Origin: Pavona decussata
Lineage: Eukaryota
Assembly: GCA_977016875.1 (NCBI GenBank)
Contig: CDRNST010000036.1
Coordinates: forward strand, 4,960,001 to 5,024,000
DNA: 64,000 nt
Direction: 5' to 3'
Shown: positions 1-12,650 of the stretch, in pieces
How positions within the stretch are numbered: position 1 is the stretch's first letter
How the letters are laid out: each line of letters starts with the position of its first letter
Notes under the pieces: generated by a model
Databases searched by the model: none
Seen by the model: only the letters and a program-made list of their open reading frames with translations
What the model was told of the DNA's origin: nothing
Translations under genes and position numbers: made by a program

Positions 1-3000
1 GTTATCGTAGTAACCATCTTCTTTCAATATGCTGGCCATTTCAATATGAGAACACTTTAATGTCTTTAATGGGGCTCTAATTCAACATTCGATTTCGGTC
101 GCACAGTGAATTGAAAGGAAAGGTTTAGAATAGGAATTTTGACCTGACATCAGGAAAATACGAAACAATCTTTGTCCATAATTAACTGACAAAGCTCATT
201 TTGATATCTATCGAAAGCCTCATAGCGTCGTGGTGGACGGAGGAAACCTCGAGCGGCTTTGGCTAAAGAACAGAATCAGTCCTGAGCGATAGCCGATCAA
301 AAAGAAACACTAATCCCAAGAAAATAACTTCCATCAAAGATGCTTGTTTATTGCAGAAATATTAACATGATTTGAACTTCTTGTTGCCTTGCTCCTCTCC
401 TTCTTGTCCTTCGTCAATCTGTATGAATGAAGAAATGAAGAAATTTTGCGTTATAACTAACTTTTAAAATGGGACTTCAAATAAATTTTGTTTCTTTCTT
501 GTACCAGGGATTTCGAAAGTGCAGGAGGCGATGATTCGATTGAGTAGCGACGTGTGTTGAGTCGCTTCGATCTGTCCTAGATAATTGAAGCGACGTACTG
601 CAATAGAAGTAAAATAAAAAAATAAAATAGAAGTGCAACGGCCAAGTCCCGTTTAAATTGTTCTTGAAAGGGCGTATTGAGGTTGTTTGCTGTGGCTCAA
701 AGCTCGAACTGTTGTGAGTCTGGCATTACACGGGCTTAAAACACCAAGCATAAATTTGTAAAGGATAATTACATTTTGGGAAATTCGTAAAATCGTACTG
801 TGAAGGCATACCTCAACATCCGGCATGTCACCTTCATGTTCATCACCGAGCTCTGAAATCACTCGCTGTGGTTACTGTCGGCTGGCTGGTTATTAATCTA
901 ACGACGAGAACAGAAATAAAAATATTACAGTCATGTAAATGTAAGCTTAAATGTACCACCTAGAAAAATACGAACAAGACGCATATGTGCGTGAACTTGG
1001 GCTTCTTTCCTGGCATACCCAGCTGTAAACGCCAGAAAGTTGACATGATAAAATCTCAGTTGTCATTTGTTGATTGTTTTACAGCATAGTACAAGCAAGT
1101 ATATTGAAAACAATGTATATTCCTGGTCTAAATTGTACCCTCTGGTTCTGACAGTAAAATCCGAGCTTTCAACCTATGTGTGCATCTATCTGGCCAACAG
1201 GATTTAGCAAAGTGGGCAGGGATATCTTGTGTTGGCTTCATCCCCCCCTCGCAAAAGTTTTTGTTTTTTGAAATAAGGGAATTCTGATTGAAATTGGTGT
1301 TTCGTGGAAATTTCTGTATGAAATTTGTCCTCGCGTCACATAGGCGAAATTTGATCCGTCTCCAGTGCATGCGTTTGTTTACGCAAGATTACGCAGTTGT
1401 CACGTTTTGGCAATTAAAATAGAGAGGAAAACAGACAGAATGCTTTCCTAAAGGAAAAGTTTATTCAGAAAAGTCTTTGTTTACGCCTAAGAAGGAAACG
1501 CTTATAATTCTAAATGCGAGACGGGAGACGCGAAAGCGATTTGAAGGAACTATCAGTCCATTTCGAAGCGAATTTATCAACCCGTGCGTGGCACGTTTTT
1601 CAAATTTTCGCTAACACTGTTCAGAATGTAAAGAATCGGTCAATTAGAATAGTATTTCAGTACAAATTCACGATCAAGCCTGTAATATTTCAGCCGTTGA
1701 ATTCCCAGAAGTGCTAAAAAATTTTGTAGAAAGTCCGTGGCCTGAATAAGGATTTGAGATGTCCGCGCTCCGCTAACTCGTCGCCTGGATAAAACAACAA
1801 TTTGTACTCGAAGCACAGTTTCTTCGCCGTTATTTCTCGGATTTCCGCTATTGAAACTGTTGAGTATTCCCAAGTACTTCTTCTTTCGATGTACCATTTC
1901 GAAAAGTTGTGTTTTCCTTCGGAAAACGCGAAAATCGTCGACTAAAAACTGGCCGACCCATCAAAGATTACCTGCGCATGCGTTTTAAGGCCCAGACGGC
2001 GATTTGTGACTGAATGAGGAAAAAAAAAAAAAAAAAACGAAGGGCAATTTTCAACTTGGTCTCCCTTTGGGAAGCCTAAGTAATTATTTCCGTTCGTATC
2101 CAGTCATATTAGTAACGATACTGAACAAGACAAAGACATGCAATTGCCAAAGAGGGATTTCCGGAACAAAGCGTTCGATAATTTTCGACTGAGTTGTTTA
2201 TCAAAATCGTTCCTGGATAACTGTCTTAATTTTGAAATCCTATCCTTCATCACTAGACTTTCCCGCAGCCATGAGCTCCTTTTTCTCTTTATTGAGAAAG
2301 TATGGTACTCTGCCTATTTGCTTGCCAGCAACATCTCTCAACGTACACGCTTTCAGTTTCTTGGCGCTATTGGACATCAAGATTCCTCCGGTATTTATTC
2401 CACCGAGAGCAACTCGCATTGTAAGTTAAAACGAATCCCTGTCTCCAAAGGTTAAGTAGCTATTTTCTCTCGGTGGAAATCCATAATGCTGCCTTCATTT
2501 CTAGTCATCCTAGAAGCACAAGTAATTAACAATGGCGGTCAGTGGCGGAATCAGACCGCAAACCAAAATATCATAGTGCCCTCCGTACAATTCTTCATGC
2601 CCTCCGACAAATAAGTGTTGAATTGAAAGATATATTAATGAAGATCACGACATTTTTTCTTCGTGTACCACAAAAATTTACAACTACCTTAAAATTGATG
2701 GCAAAGACAATAAACATACCTGAAAGGGACTGTCATTTCGTACCACCTCTTCAAATCGCAAGGGAAGATCTCGCATAATTCTTTCCCGATGGTCTCCATT
2801 TTTGCAGGGCCTTGAAGTTTATTGTTCTATCGACGTTCAGGCCTGGAATTCTGGGTATGGAACGCGAACACAACCGAAAAATTACCGAAACTATTGAACG
2901 CTCTCCGAAAACTCACCGAGCTCTTAGCTGGCGCCATGTTGTGACGTCACGCGGTTATCAAATTTGATAACTGTGCCGGACTGTCCACGAACCGTCCATA

Positions 3001-3099
3001 GAGGTGTGTGAGCTCTCAAAATATTTAGTATTTGTATTTTCCCCTACTTTCCTGGGATGGGGATGGGCGGGGTAGGGATGACAATTAGCATATGTCGCC

Positions 3100-3560
3100 A
3101 TGGCGGCCGGTCGTGTGTAAGACTGTTCCGTCATTTCGGCGCTAAAAATGGCTACAGTTGAGCAGGTCAAGACACTCCTCAAAGAGGAATTAGCGCCACT
3201 CTATTCTAACTTAGAAAATATGATGACATTTTCAAGGAACTCCAAACTGAAAAATGTCTGACTCAAATTTGTAACAACAAAATATTATAATCTTCTTTTG
3301 TTAGTTATTGTAACTTATTCACTTAGCTCTTTTTATTTTGAGTCTCTTCATTTTTGGTTCCTCACCTGTTATTAAATTGTAAACATCATTACGTAATATG
3401 GAGGCCAACTAGAGAATCGGATGGTTAACTTGGCCTCCATCCTCAATCGCTAACTCAAAATTATTCAAAATAAAACAAAATTTTACTATACAAGAATGTA
3501 ATTATAGCAATCTTTCTTATAAATCATAAGGAAAATAAAGGTTGTTGTCGTTGTTATTTG
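3100..3560 (+). mobile_element. Probable internally deleted LINE: ORF1 start joined to a LINE 3' end
   Basis: ATG at 3148 gives MATVEQVKTLLKEELAPLYSNLENMM, like a LINE ORF1 coiled-coil start, and is broken about 90 nt later. It is followed by an AT-rich 3'UTR-like tract, a ggaggccaa...ttggcctcc stem (about 3399-3438), and AATAAAG plus a (GTT)n tail at about 3533-3556. Confidence 0.4.
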
Positions 3561-3789
3561 TTGGGGGAGGGGGTGGGCAATCATTAGGAAAGGGGTGGGC
3601 AATCATTAGGAAAGAGAGTCCGAAGGGAGTTGGTTCGAGTGATTCTGGGCAAGACAAAAGAGTAGGGGACGTAGACCAAGGTGTGATGGTCTATCTCTAT
3701 CTCTGATTTCATCTGACTTTCACATTCATGTGTGGGTTGGGTGGGTGTGTGAGATCAACATATGGACTGATAGCGACTGCCAGTGGTGT

Positions 3790-3930
3790 CTCTACATGCT
3801 GACGTCCGATCTTACTATGTGATATGGGCGGCACATTAATACATTACCCATACATATTATCCTGAGTGATAATACTTCCATTATCATTATCGTTGTCATT
3901 AATTTGGTAATAAAGCTTGTTGTTGTTGTA
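3790..3930 (+). mobile_element. LINE-like 3' end
   Basis: Ends in AATAAAGC followed by (TTG)n at about 3909-3929, the same tail style as at 3533-3556. Confidence 0.35.
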
Positions 3931-3944
3931 ATTTGATACTGGTT

Positions 3945-4212
3945 ATTTTACAATTATTCCATGCGCACGCGTTGGATATGTGATGATAGATAACCAACAA
4001 AACGTTAAGCGCCACATATATCGAACAAGTACGAGTGTAATAACCGTCTTATTAAAACCAATCACGAAATACTGCGAGATTTTTCTGATTCCTTTTTTGC
4101 AAGAAATACCAGGAATACATAAGACGGGTATGGTATAATGACTGATAACCCATGGCCGCTAAGCCAATCAAAGCTCTGGAGTTGCATTATCCAATGATCC
4201 AAGTTTTAATAA
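3945..4212 (+). repeat. Dispersed interspersed repeat (family also at 25710-25790)
   Basis: acaattattccatgcgcacgcgttggatatgtgatgatagataaccaac resembles acaattcttccactcacgcttgttggatacgagatgattatagccagc at about 25720-25770. Confidence 0.45.
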
Positions 4213-5009
4213 TTCAATTGATTCCCCCTCACCAAAAATTATTTTTCGTGTCCTGCTTGGAGGGACCTTACGCGGATTTTTACGTTTTTGGACACTGTTA
4301 AAGAACTCTGCTTAATTAAATTAAACTACACTACATTATTTTCTCCTTCAAAAAATGTTCCTAGAGCATCAAGTGGAAGGTATCAAGTGATTTTCTAAAA
4401 CTGAGAACAAACTATCATTAGGTCAGTTTAGTAATTTTCCAACTCACTGGGGACGAACATAGACAACTTTGCCCAGCTGAGTCAGGTTACCATGCCACCC
4501 ATTTCCACTTTTAGTTAAACTTTTTGAAAACTTAAGTAGTAAGTAATTTGAAACAAAACAGGGGTACCAAAGGATACATTTTGGTGAATATCTGTTCGGA
4601 AAACCTTAATCGTCTCAGAAATTTGGATTACTGAGTTGTAAAGAAAATTTACACTAGTTTTCTTCAACCAAATCTCAGCCCAGACTTCGTAACACGGAAA
4701 ACTAATTCTTTTAATTTATTTTCAAAGGTTGGGGCAAATATGTTGTTAAAAATGCGAAAAAAAAGGTCAGCTAGCATTTTCCTAAAACCAACAATTGCAA
4801 CAGCCAATTAATTCCATTCCCTAAAACTTTTTGGGACTTTTAAAATTTTCAGCTTAAGCCGCATCCGAACAGATCATTCCGTATTAGCTCACAAAAATCT
4901 CTTTTTGAGCAGAAAGCGATCTAAGAAAATAGGAGACGTCATTTGTAAGTATTTTGTTTAATGGTCTCTTTAGCTGCTCCTATAACAAAAATGAACCATC
5001 ACTTTTAAG

Positions 5010-5015
5010 TTTATT
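5010..5015 (-). promoter_or_regulatory. Candidate polyadenylation signal of the 534-aa gene
   Basis: AATAAA on the minus strand about 155 nt downstream of the stop codon at 5169. Confidence 0.4.
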
Positions 5016-5168
5016 TAGTTTCATTACTTTTAAGGAAATGCTCAAACCAAAACATAGCCATGCCTCTTAACTGAAAGGGACCGTGTTCTGTATCATCTTT
5101 CTAAAGTAATGTATAAGCCAATTTATGTGCCAAATTGATCCACGCCTTCAATCACGAGTTCTACAAAG

Positions 5169-6773
5169 TCAAATCACTTGATCGCACCGCAGGTATCTAC
5201 AATCAGGTATATCCTCGGAGAGTCCTGATAAAACTTGCTCTATTGAAGTTTGGCTCTTTTCTCTCTTGAACTGATTTTTGACAAATTTCCTCAACAGCTG
5301 TGGATTGTCAGTTTGTCTTCGCACCAATCCCGGTCTTTGAGCCTCGCTATTGTTATTTAAATCGTTAGACCCGTTTTCTGATCCTCTACGTTGATATGGC
5401 GAGCTTAAAGAACTAGAACTCGCTGAATGCTGCCGAGTTTTTTGAGCGCTCTTCGAGTCGCCGAAAGGCTGCAAGGAAAGTTTTCTCATTTTATCAGCCG
5501 CACTTTGGATTTCAAGTTGTCTAATCATTACTTGTTCAGCCATTGTTGCTTCCCTTTCTGTGAGAACAGAATCTGGGTAACATCGAATTGTCGATGCACT
5601 GTTACTCCGAGGTCGTCGCTTCAGACCTTCGGAACTTAATCTTGGCATGTTCGGATTAGATTCGGCTTCGTATCGGAAAGCGCTCGGTGAGGCCGGATCC
5701 AGATTCCCCATTCTTATGTGTCGTCTTGCCAGCAATGGGACTGGACTGCTGTATTTCCGATAAACAGATCTTTCAGACTTTTTCTCGACACTGCTGTCAC
5801 TGTAACTTCTTCTGCTCCGAGGACGAAAAGGAGATTCACATGTAGACCTAGTACTCATAGCGTTCTGAGAGGCCGACCTTCTTCTACGCCCAGGACAAGG
5901 CTTGTACGTGTGATCAACGTCTCCCACCTCAGCGCCTGGTTCAGTTAAAAGCTTAACCTCAGAACTATCTGAAATCGAGACTTTCTTGCGGGGACAGTTC
6001 TTCTGTTGATGCTCCTCGTAAGTTGACGTGTCTTTGTTGTAGGTTTCTTGCGTCGTTAAATCGCAAGGCGTTTTAGAGAAAGTATTTTGCTCAGTAGAAA
6101 AACTATGCTCACCGTTAACAGCTGTAAACGTCAGTTCATCAGAATTTTCCCCTTGCACTTCGCGGCCAAGACAAAGATCGTCTTTGCTGGCTAACGTTGC
6201 AACACCTCTTCCACCTTCTGAAATCGATTGCTTGTAGCTTTGCACAGAAGTAAACAAATCTTCCTCGTCGTATTGTCTGCCGATGCTAGTCCCAATGCCA
6301 ACAGAATGCCTTCTCTTTTTTGCCTTACCTATCGGAGGAAAGGGGCAAGGTGGAACACTTTCATCTCCCGTCACTTTATCTTCGAGTTTTGAAGAGACAC
6401 AAACCCGCACCACTTGTCCCGGACAAAGTTCTTCAACCACGCTTGCTCTCCTTCGTAAAGAGCTTTTAGTGCGCTGAACACCGGACGCCGAGATCAAGTT
6501 AACCTTATTATTTTCATCACTGCCTTCCTCGGTCTCGCAAACGTTAACATCCACAAACTTTGAAGAATTTGCTCTCTCCGGGCCTTTGTAGAAGGACCGG
6601 GAGTATTTTTCTCGACGAATCTCGTAAAGTTTTTGTCGCACACTTTTCTCCTCCTTCTCCATCACTTTAAGTCTGGTACCCAACATTTTGTCCTCAACCT
6701 CATTCTTACGTCGTGCAAAATTTCCCGATTTCTCAAGCTTGAGAAAGCGAAACGTCTTTCGATTGTAGTTCAT
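5169..6773 (-). CDS. Uncharacterised 534-aa Ser/Arg-rich, largely disordered protein with N-terminal coiled coil and C-terminal CRYLR motif (possibly CCDC190-like)
   Basis: 1605-nt uninterrupted ORF in AT-rich DNA with a GCC-ATG start. Coiled-coil segment ARRKNEVEDKMLGTRLKVMEKEEKSVRQKLYEIRR; many RRxS motifs; ends EDIPDCRYLRCDQVI. The family assignment is from memory of the motif layout and is untested. Confidence 0.85.
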   Translation of the reverse strand: MNYNRKTFRFLKLEKSGNFARRKNEVEDKMLGTRLKVMEKEEKSVRQKLYEIRREKYSRSFYKGPERANSSKFVDVNVCETEEGSDENNKVNLISASGVQRTKSSLRRRASVVEELCPGQVVRVCVSSKLEDKVTGDESVPPCPFPPIGKAKKRRHSVGIGTSIGRQYDEEDLFTSVQSYKQSISEGGRGVATLASKDDLCLGREVQGENSDELTFTAVNGEHSFSTEQNTFSKTPCDLTTQETYNKDTSTYEEHQQKNCPRKKVSISDSSEVKLLTEPGAEVGDVDHTYKPCPGRRRRSASQNAMSTRSTCESPFRPRSRRSYSDSSVEKKSERSVYRKYSSPVPLLARRHIRMGNLDPASPSAFRYEAESNPNMPRLSSEGLKRRPRSNSASTIRCYPDSVLTEREATMAEQVMIRQLEIQSAADKMRKLSLQPFGDSKSAQKTRQHSASSSSLSSPYQRRGSENGSNDLNNNSEAQRPGLVRRQTDNPQLLRKFVKNQFKREKSQTSIEQVLSGLSEDIPDCRYLRCDQVI

Positions 6774-9223
6774 GGCTGTATCTTCTTTGCAGACCTCAGT
6801 TTATCTATCGAATTGACTCGACAAACAAGTTAATTATGATCGTGACAGATCAGTCGCTGGAACCGTGCCTATCTATATCCATGTTAATCCCTTAATCGAC
6901 CAAATTGTTCTTACAAGACACTGCGCTTGTCTCAAAGGGCCTTAGGAAATAATGACTTGTTTGTTTAAGGCCACAGGAATAGAAACAAACAAAATTATTG
7001 CTTTCCTTTTATCATCTAAATATTTTAGCGCGGCTGAAAATAGTGTTTTTGTTTTAAATTCTTACTGGGAAGAATTCATTCACCTGTGCATTGTATTCGT
7101 ATGAAAACTGAATTAATTAGTCTGGCCTGGTCAGTATAAAACATGGACTGTGGACTACGGAATGAGGTATAAAACGCGGACTATGGTATAAAATTCGACC
7201 TATGGTTAGCCTGTTTACGGTAAGCGGCCAATATTGGTAATGGTAAGACAAGATTAAAATCTATAGCAGTCTTAACAGAGTTCTTCAAAAATAACAGTGT
7301 ATAAAATAATGAGTACCGAGACTGTAAACAGAAAATCTTTCTTTTTCCCGGCAAAACACTTTGATTTTTTAATACGTAAGGTTTTGCCGAAATCGTGCCC
7401 GGCATTTTCATTTCTTTTGGTTCGACCTCTTAGCATTTAAAACAATTTTTCAATAAAGGAATACAGAAGTATTATCTTAATTCAAACAATTGTTGTTGTT
7501 GTTGTTGTTGTTATTACAGTCTTCGGTCACGTGTAATTCAAGAGCGACGCGTTTTTGGATATTAATTACGAAATGTAAATTCAGTGTAGGGCGGGTTTTT
7601 TAGCTTGCATACCTCATGAACTGATCCGTGTCGCAAATCTAAGCGTTATTTGCGTCAACAAAATTCACCACCCCACAATCTTTTACACATATACTTCAAA
7701 ATTGTATTTTCATAGCGTGCGAGTTCATCTCTCGTCGCTCAGAGCTGACAAATAGCGCCAAGGAATGAAAAGAGGCGGGTTTGCTAATCACATGCGGCTA
7801 CCACTGAAACTATTTTCAGTGTAGCCTTCGCTAAAATGAAATTACATAACGGGATTTACTAGCTTACAAGTTATTGTTCTTGTCGGTTCCTTGAGCGATT
7901 AATGCAAGTTATTACCGTTGTGCATGTCGTAATTATATAATGCCGGCTTACATCAAATGTTTTCTTATCAAAAAGTTATAGAGTACGCAAGTCTTAGCAT
8001 GTACTCGTTAATAAAACTAAGTCAGGCAAAACATGCACCGATGTAAACTAATGAAATATTTTGACTATTCCGGTCACGTTTTTACTCCTAGTCTACTTAA
8101 CCGGCATTGATTCATCAAAACCAGCTAAAAAGGCGGTTTTCTAATCGCTGTGTTATCACATTTGTCCAGTCATAGTCGGTCGGGAACGCACATTAATAGG
8201 ACGCACACCGTGCCTGCTAGGCCGGAACCAGTCAGAATTAAAAGGAAAAAAAAAAAAGAAAGAAAACTGGAATAGAAAGAAAGAAAATGCAAACAAGCCG
8301 ACGGTGGCAAGCGCAGGAAAACGGCTTGATCGAACTAAATATTGGTTGTATTTATATATACAGGCTATGTTTCTGGCATTGGCATAGAATACTGCTAGCC
8401 AATTGCAAGTTAGCTGAGAGACCGGCCGGGCGAAGAGGAGCCATGTGTACTCGAAATTTTCTGCGGCGTTGTGTCCATCATGTTGTGGTCCTGAATGGGA
8501 ATATTAGCATAACCATGTGCAAAAACAGATACTATAAAAGTAGCCAAGTATAGTACGGCAGTCGCTTTTCGAAGAACCTTCCCTAAACATTAAAGTAAAA
8601 ATGGCCGCGTTAATTAGTGGAGACATGGGACTTGCATAAACAATTTGATCCTCGGATGATGATACTAACAGGAGAAAATTTAGCCTGCTTCTTTTCCTTC
8701 CCAAGCGGGCGCAAGGAGCGAACTAAAGCTTGAATGAATGAATGATAACTTTATTTACGTGTCAAAATACAAGACTAGCCGACGGAAATAAAATATCCTT
8801 CTTAGCAATTTTAAGAGGACCCTTCTGTAAACCACTTTTGTGATGTTGGCATCCTTATTAAAGATTACTCTCACTAATTGGGGATACAAGCTTTCGGGAA
8901 GAAAGAGCAAAGATAAACTAAAACAGGAGAAGGGGAGAGGAAGGGAAGGAAACGGCGTTTTTTCCTCCTTCTCCCCTCTTCCGTCCGAAATTATTTTATT
9001 TATTTATCTACCTTTTTGCTTCATTTCTCGCCCCATGCCTTCAAGAGTCTCCCTCGCTCTTGGAAAGGAAATCACTGCTGCACAGGCCCGCGTGGTGAAG
9101 TAGAAGATAAATCATCCAAAAACACTCCGTAGTTGCGTCCATCCAGACTGCCATGTATTGACGAGAATGTGTAACTCGCTACAAAGAAAAAAGCCTGAGT
9201 ACCCAATGCATGGAATTGGAAGC

Positions 9224-9563
9224 CCCCTCTTGGGGTACTCCCTATAATGGACGGTACGGGGAAGCCTCGCCCGAAAGGATGCCGTTTTTGGGCTGAAGTT
9301 ATGTACAAGGGTAGGGATTTCACGAGCTGAAGTATAGAAAAGGGCAGGGAAACTGTCCTTTAAGTAAATGAAAAGGCATTTCAAGTCTCGAACAGACCAA
9401 CTTAAAAGAGATGCAGGTTTTCTACTGCAGGTATTTGAAAGGGGTACCATTTTTTTTATAGAAGGTAACCTTTTCTGTCAAAAATGGTTAATAAAAAGGT
9501 AAGGGTTGGGAGGGCGGGGCGAAACCTCCTTGTATAAAACTCTCTCGAGTACCTCCCCTCCCC
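9224..9563. mobile_element. MITE-like element with GGGGTACTC...GAGTACCTCCCC termini
   Basis: Short terminal inverted repeats: ggggtactc at about 9232 and gagtacctcccc at about 9547. No ORF. Confidence 0.55.
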
Positions 9564-10790
9564 ATGCTCTAACCAATGAGTAAGAACGACCGAGCTTGCC
9601 ATCAGCAGCCTGACCATCTTCCCGCAAAAGCAACACTGGACGCTGTTCATTGCAATGATCCTAGCAAGAAACAAGACAACCGTCATCTATGAACCCGGTA
9701 AATTTGACCTTGCTCAGCTCTGGTCTTCCTTGTATCTCAGTGGTTACAGTGTCCAGCCAGTGAACGGATGGTCGTCGCCCCTATACTCCTACTGGGAACT
9801 CTTGTCTCATGTTCATTTGAAACCGGAATATTACAGTTAAACTGTGCAGTTTATTATGATAGAGCCGCGGTTGTGCAGATCTCAGGAACGGTGTTTTGAT
9901 AACCTTGCGTTCGACTACAGCATCCCATCAAAGCAAGAATAATACCTAAATTTTTCTTCGTTCTACGCAAACTCGTAGCGTATTCTTTAAACCAATAACA
10001 TAGCTCGGAAAGTCAAATAAGACATGACGAAACAAACCAAACCAAAGCAAAGTACAGTACAGGTTCCATCCTCTACTGAGCCTGAAAACTTAAGGAGCCC
10101 TTGCCATTTCTGTAAGTACGTGTTCCTAATCGATGGGAAAATTTTCCTGAACATATTACTAGTTTAGTTGCAGTGCTAATGAAGTCGTCAACGCTCCAAT
10201 CGTGAAACTTTCTTTTTTAACAGCAGTTTTATCATCGTCTCTTGTTTAGTCATCTTGTTGTTTTGTTTTTTAACTATTCTTGTCATTGTAAAGCGCTTTA
10301 ACAAGAACTTTAGGATAAAGATAATTATTATTCACTATTAATATTACAGTGATATTTAAGAGCCGATTTCTGAAATTATCAAAAATCGGGCGTCAGTCGT
10401 GAAATTTCGAATTCCTTCACATTTTGCCCATATAATCTTTATAGTGGAGTATTTTCAAAAATAACGTTAAAAGTTTCGTCAGTGTGTTATTTTTTTCGAA
10501 ATCGGGCAAAGTTTGAAATACGGCAAATTAGCGTCCTTTTGGTCACGAAACGTACTGAAAATTACCCATTTTCATCTCGCTCGTAGAAAGAAACGCGATG
10601 TCCTCCATTAATGTTTACAAAATATAGACACATCTCTCTTCTTCATAATGCACTAGTTAAATTTAGATAAGCTTGAAAATTGGAAATGCTTCGGCCGTTA
10701 GCAGAAACCCCATTTCGGCAGTTTAAAAATTTAGCAAATTTCATCCAATTTCAACACAAAAGAAACCTAATTGGTACGTCAAGTTTGAAT

Positions 10791-11292
10791 AGGCCTTATC
10801 ACGGTTTTCGACGCCATTTTGACGGGTAGGCAAACAGGCTTGAAGTAACAGTATTTGTATGAAAATCCGATGTCAAATAATTTTCATAAAATATCACTTC
10901 TGAAAAATTCATGAATTGGAAACTTTTGGCACTAGGAAAAGGATTTTAGGAACAAAATTGGAGGGATGTAGCTGTGACAGAAAGCGTTCAGTCGTGTTTT
11001 GAACTTTCCATACATTTCCCTGTATTTTTTCCCGCGAACTATTTTTAGTAGCAGCTCACGGCTGGTCAAATGTATGGAAAGTTCAAAACACGACTGGACG
11101 CTTTCTGACTTTCTACATCCCTCTAATTTTGTTCCTAAAATCCTTTTTCTCGTGCCAAAAGTTTCCAATTGATGAATTTTTCAGAAGCGATGTTTTATGA
11201 AAATTATTTGACATCGGATTTCCATACAAACACTGTTATTTCAAGCCTGTTTGCCTACCCGTCAAAACGGCGTCGAAAACCGTGATAAGGCC
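10791..11292. mobile_element. Fold-back element C: about 225-bp inverted arms with a 50-bp loop
   Basis: 10792-11017 is the near-perfect reverse complement of 11068-11292 (ggccttatcacggttttcgacgcc...ggcgtcgaaaaccgtgataaggcc). Confidence 0.9.
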
Positions 11293-11688
11293 AAGAGAGG
11301 ATGAGGGTAAGAGAGGTAATCCTCCATATAGGCCTTATTCCCATCGTAAACCCTCTGAAGTTATTTTTAGATCTCCCGCGAGATCCTGTGTCCCAAGAGT
11401 CTTAGGTGATAGCCAATCATATATCCTGAATTTTACCCGCGTTGACAGCTGAGCCGATTCCCACGCAATGTTACGCGTCTTTCGCGAATTGATCTTAAAA
11501 CAAATGGCGGAACATGCTTACAGGAAGCGGTGCCTGTATATGTTTTGTGGACGAATGCGAGTTTAAAGTGGCTGTATTTGGACAACGCAGATTGGAAAAG
11601 AATCGCTCCGGCATGATTTGTTTTAAAGCCCAGCTGTGCGGAAATTATGCAAGAATATTACAAATACAAACATCTAAACCTACTGTAG

Positions 11689-12650
11689 GCACGAATTTTG
11701 ATATTTTTATCGCAGTGAGTACTAGATCCCTTCAGTCATTCAAATCTACGTTCTATTTACTTTCTAATCACGTATGTAGCTAAGAGATTTGGAAGAAACG
11801 CGAGAAACAAATCTTTTTTCATGCAAGAGTGTTACATTTAGCTGTCGAAACATTGAAACCCGCGATTGAACAGACGAGTATAAACATCACCTCCGGCTCG
11901 AATTTTGATATTTTTATCTCAGTGAGTTCAAAATTCTTTTTGGTCCTTGAAATCTACATTTCATTAGCTTTGTAATTGCGCATGTAGTTAAGAGATTCGT
12001 TGGAAGAAACGCGAGAAACAAATTTTTTTTCATGCAAGAGTGTTACATTTTAATAGCTGTCCAAACATTGAAAGCCGCGATTGAACAGACGAGTATAAAC
12101 ATCACAACCACCGGCACAAATTTTAATATTTTTATCGCAGTAAGTACAAAATTTTTTCAGTCATGGAAATCTACGTCCTATTTACTTTTAATAATCACGC
12201 ATGTAGTTAAGAGATTCGTTGGAAGAAACGCGAGAAACAAATTTTTTTCTCACGCAAGAGTGTTACATTTAGCTGTCAAAACATTGAAAGCCGCGATTGA
12301 ACAGACGAGTGCAAACATCAGAACCTCCGCACGAATTTTGGTATTTTTATCTCACTGAGTTCAAATCCGGCTTTGGTCATTGAAATCTACATTCCACTAG
12401 CTTTCTAATCACGCATGTAGCCAAGAGATTCTTTAAAAGAAAGGCGAGAAACAAATCTTAGCTTTATTTTTGCAAGCCGCGATTGAACAGACGAGCATAA
12501 ACATCACAACCGCGGCACGAAAAATCTTGATATTTTTGTCACAGTGAGTTTAAAGTCTATCCGGACATTCAAATCTACATTCTATTAGCTTTCAAATCAC
12601 GTATATTACTGAGAGATTCGTTGCAAGTAACGCGAGAAACAATTTCTTTT
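11689..12650 (+). repeat. Tandem array of about 210-bp units (about 4.7 copies) inside element B
   Basis: Units start gcacgaattttgatatttttatc at about 11689, 11896, 12114, 12329 and 12515. gaaacgcgagaaacaaat and gccgcgattgaacagacgag recur. Confidence 0.9.
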
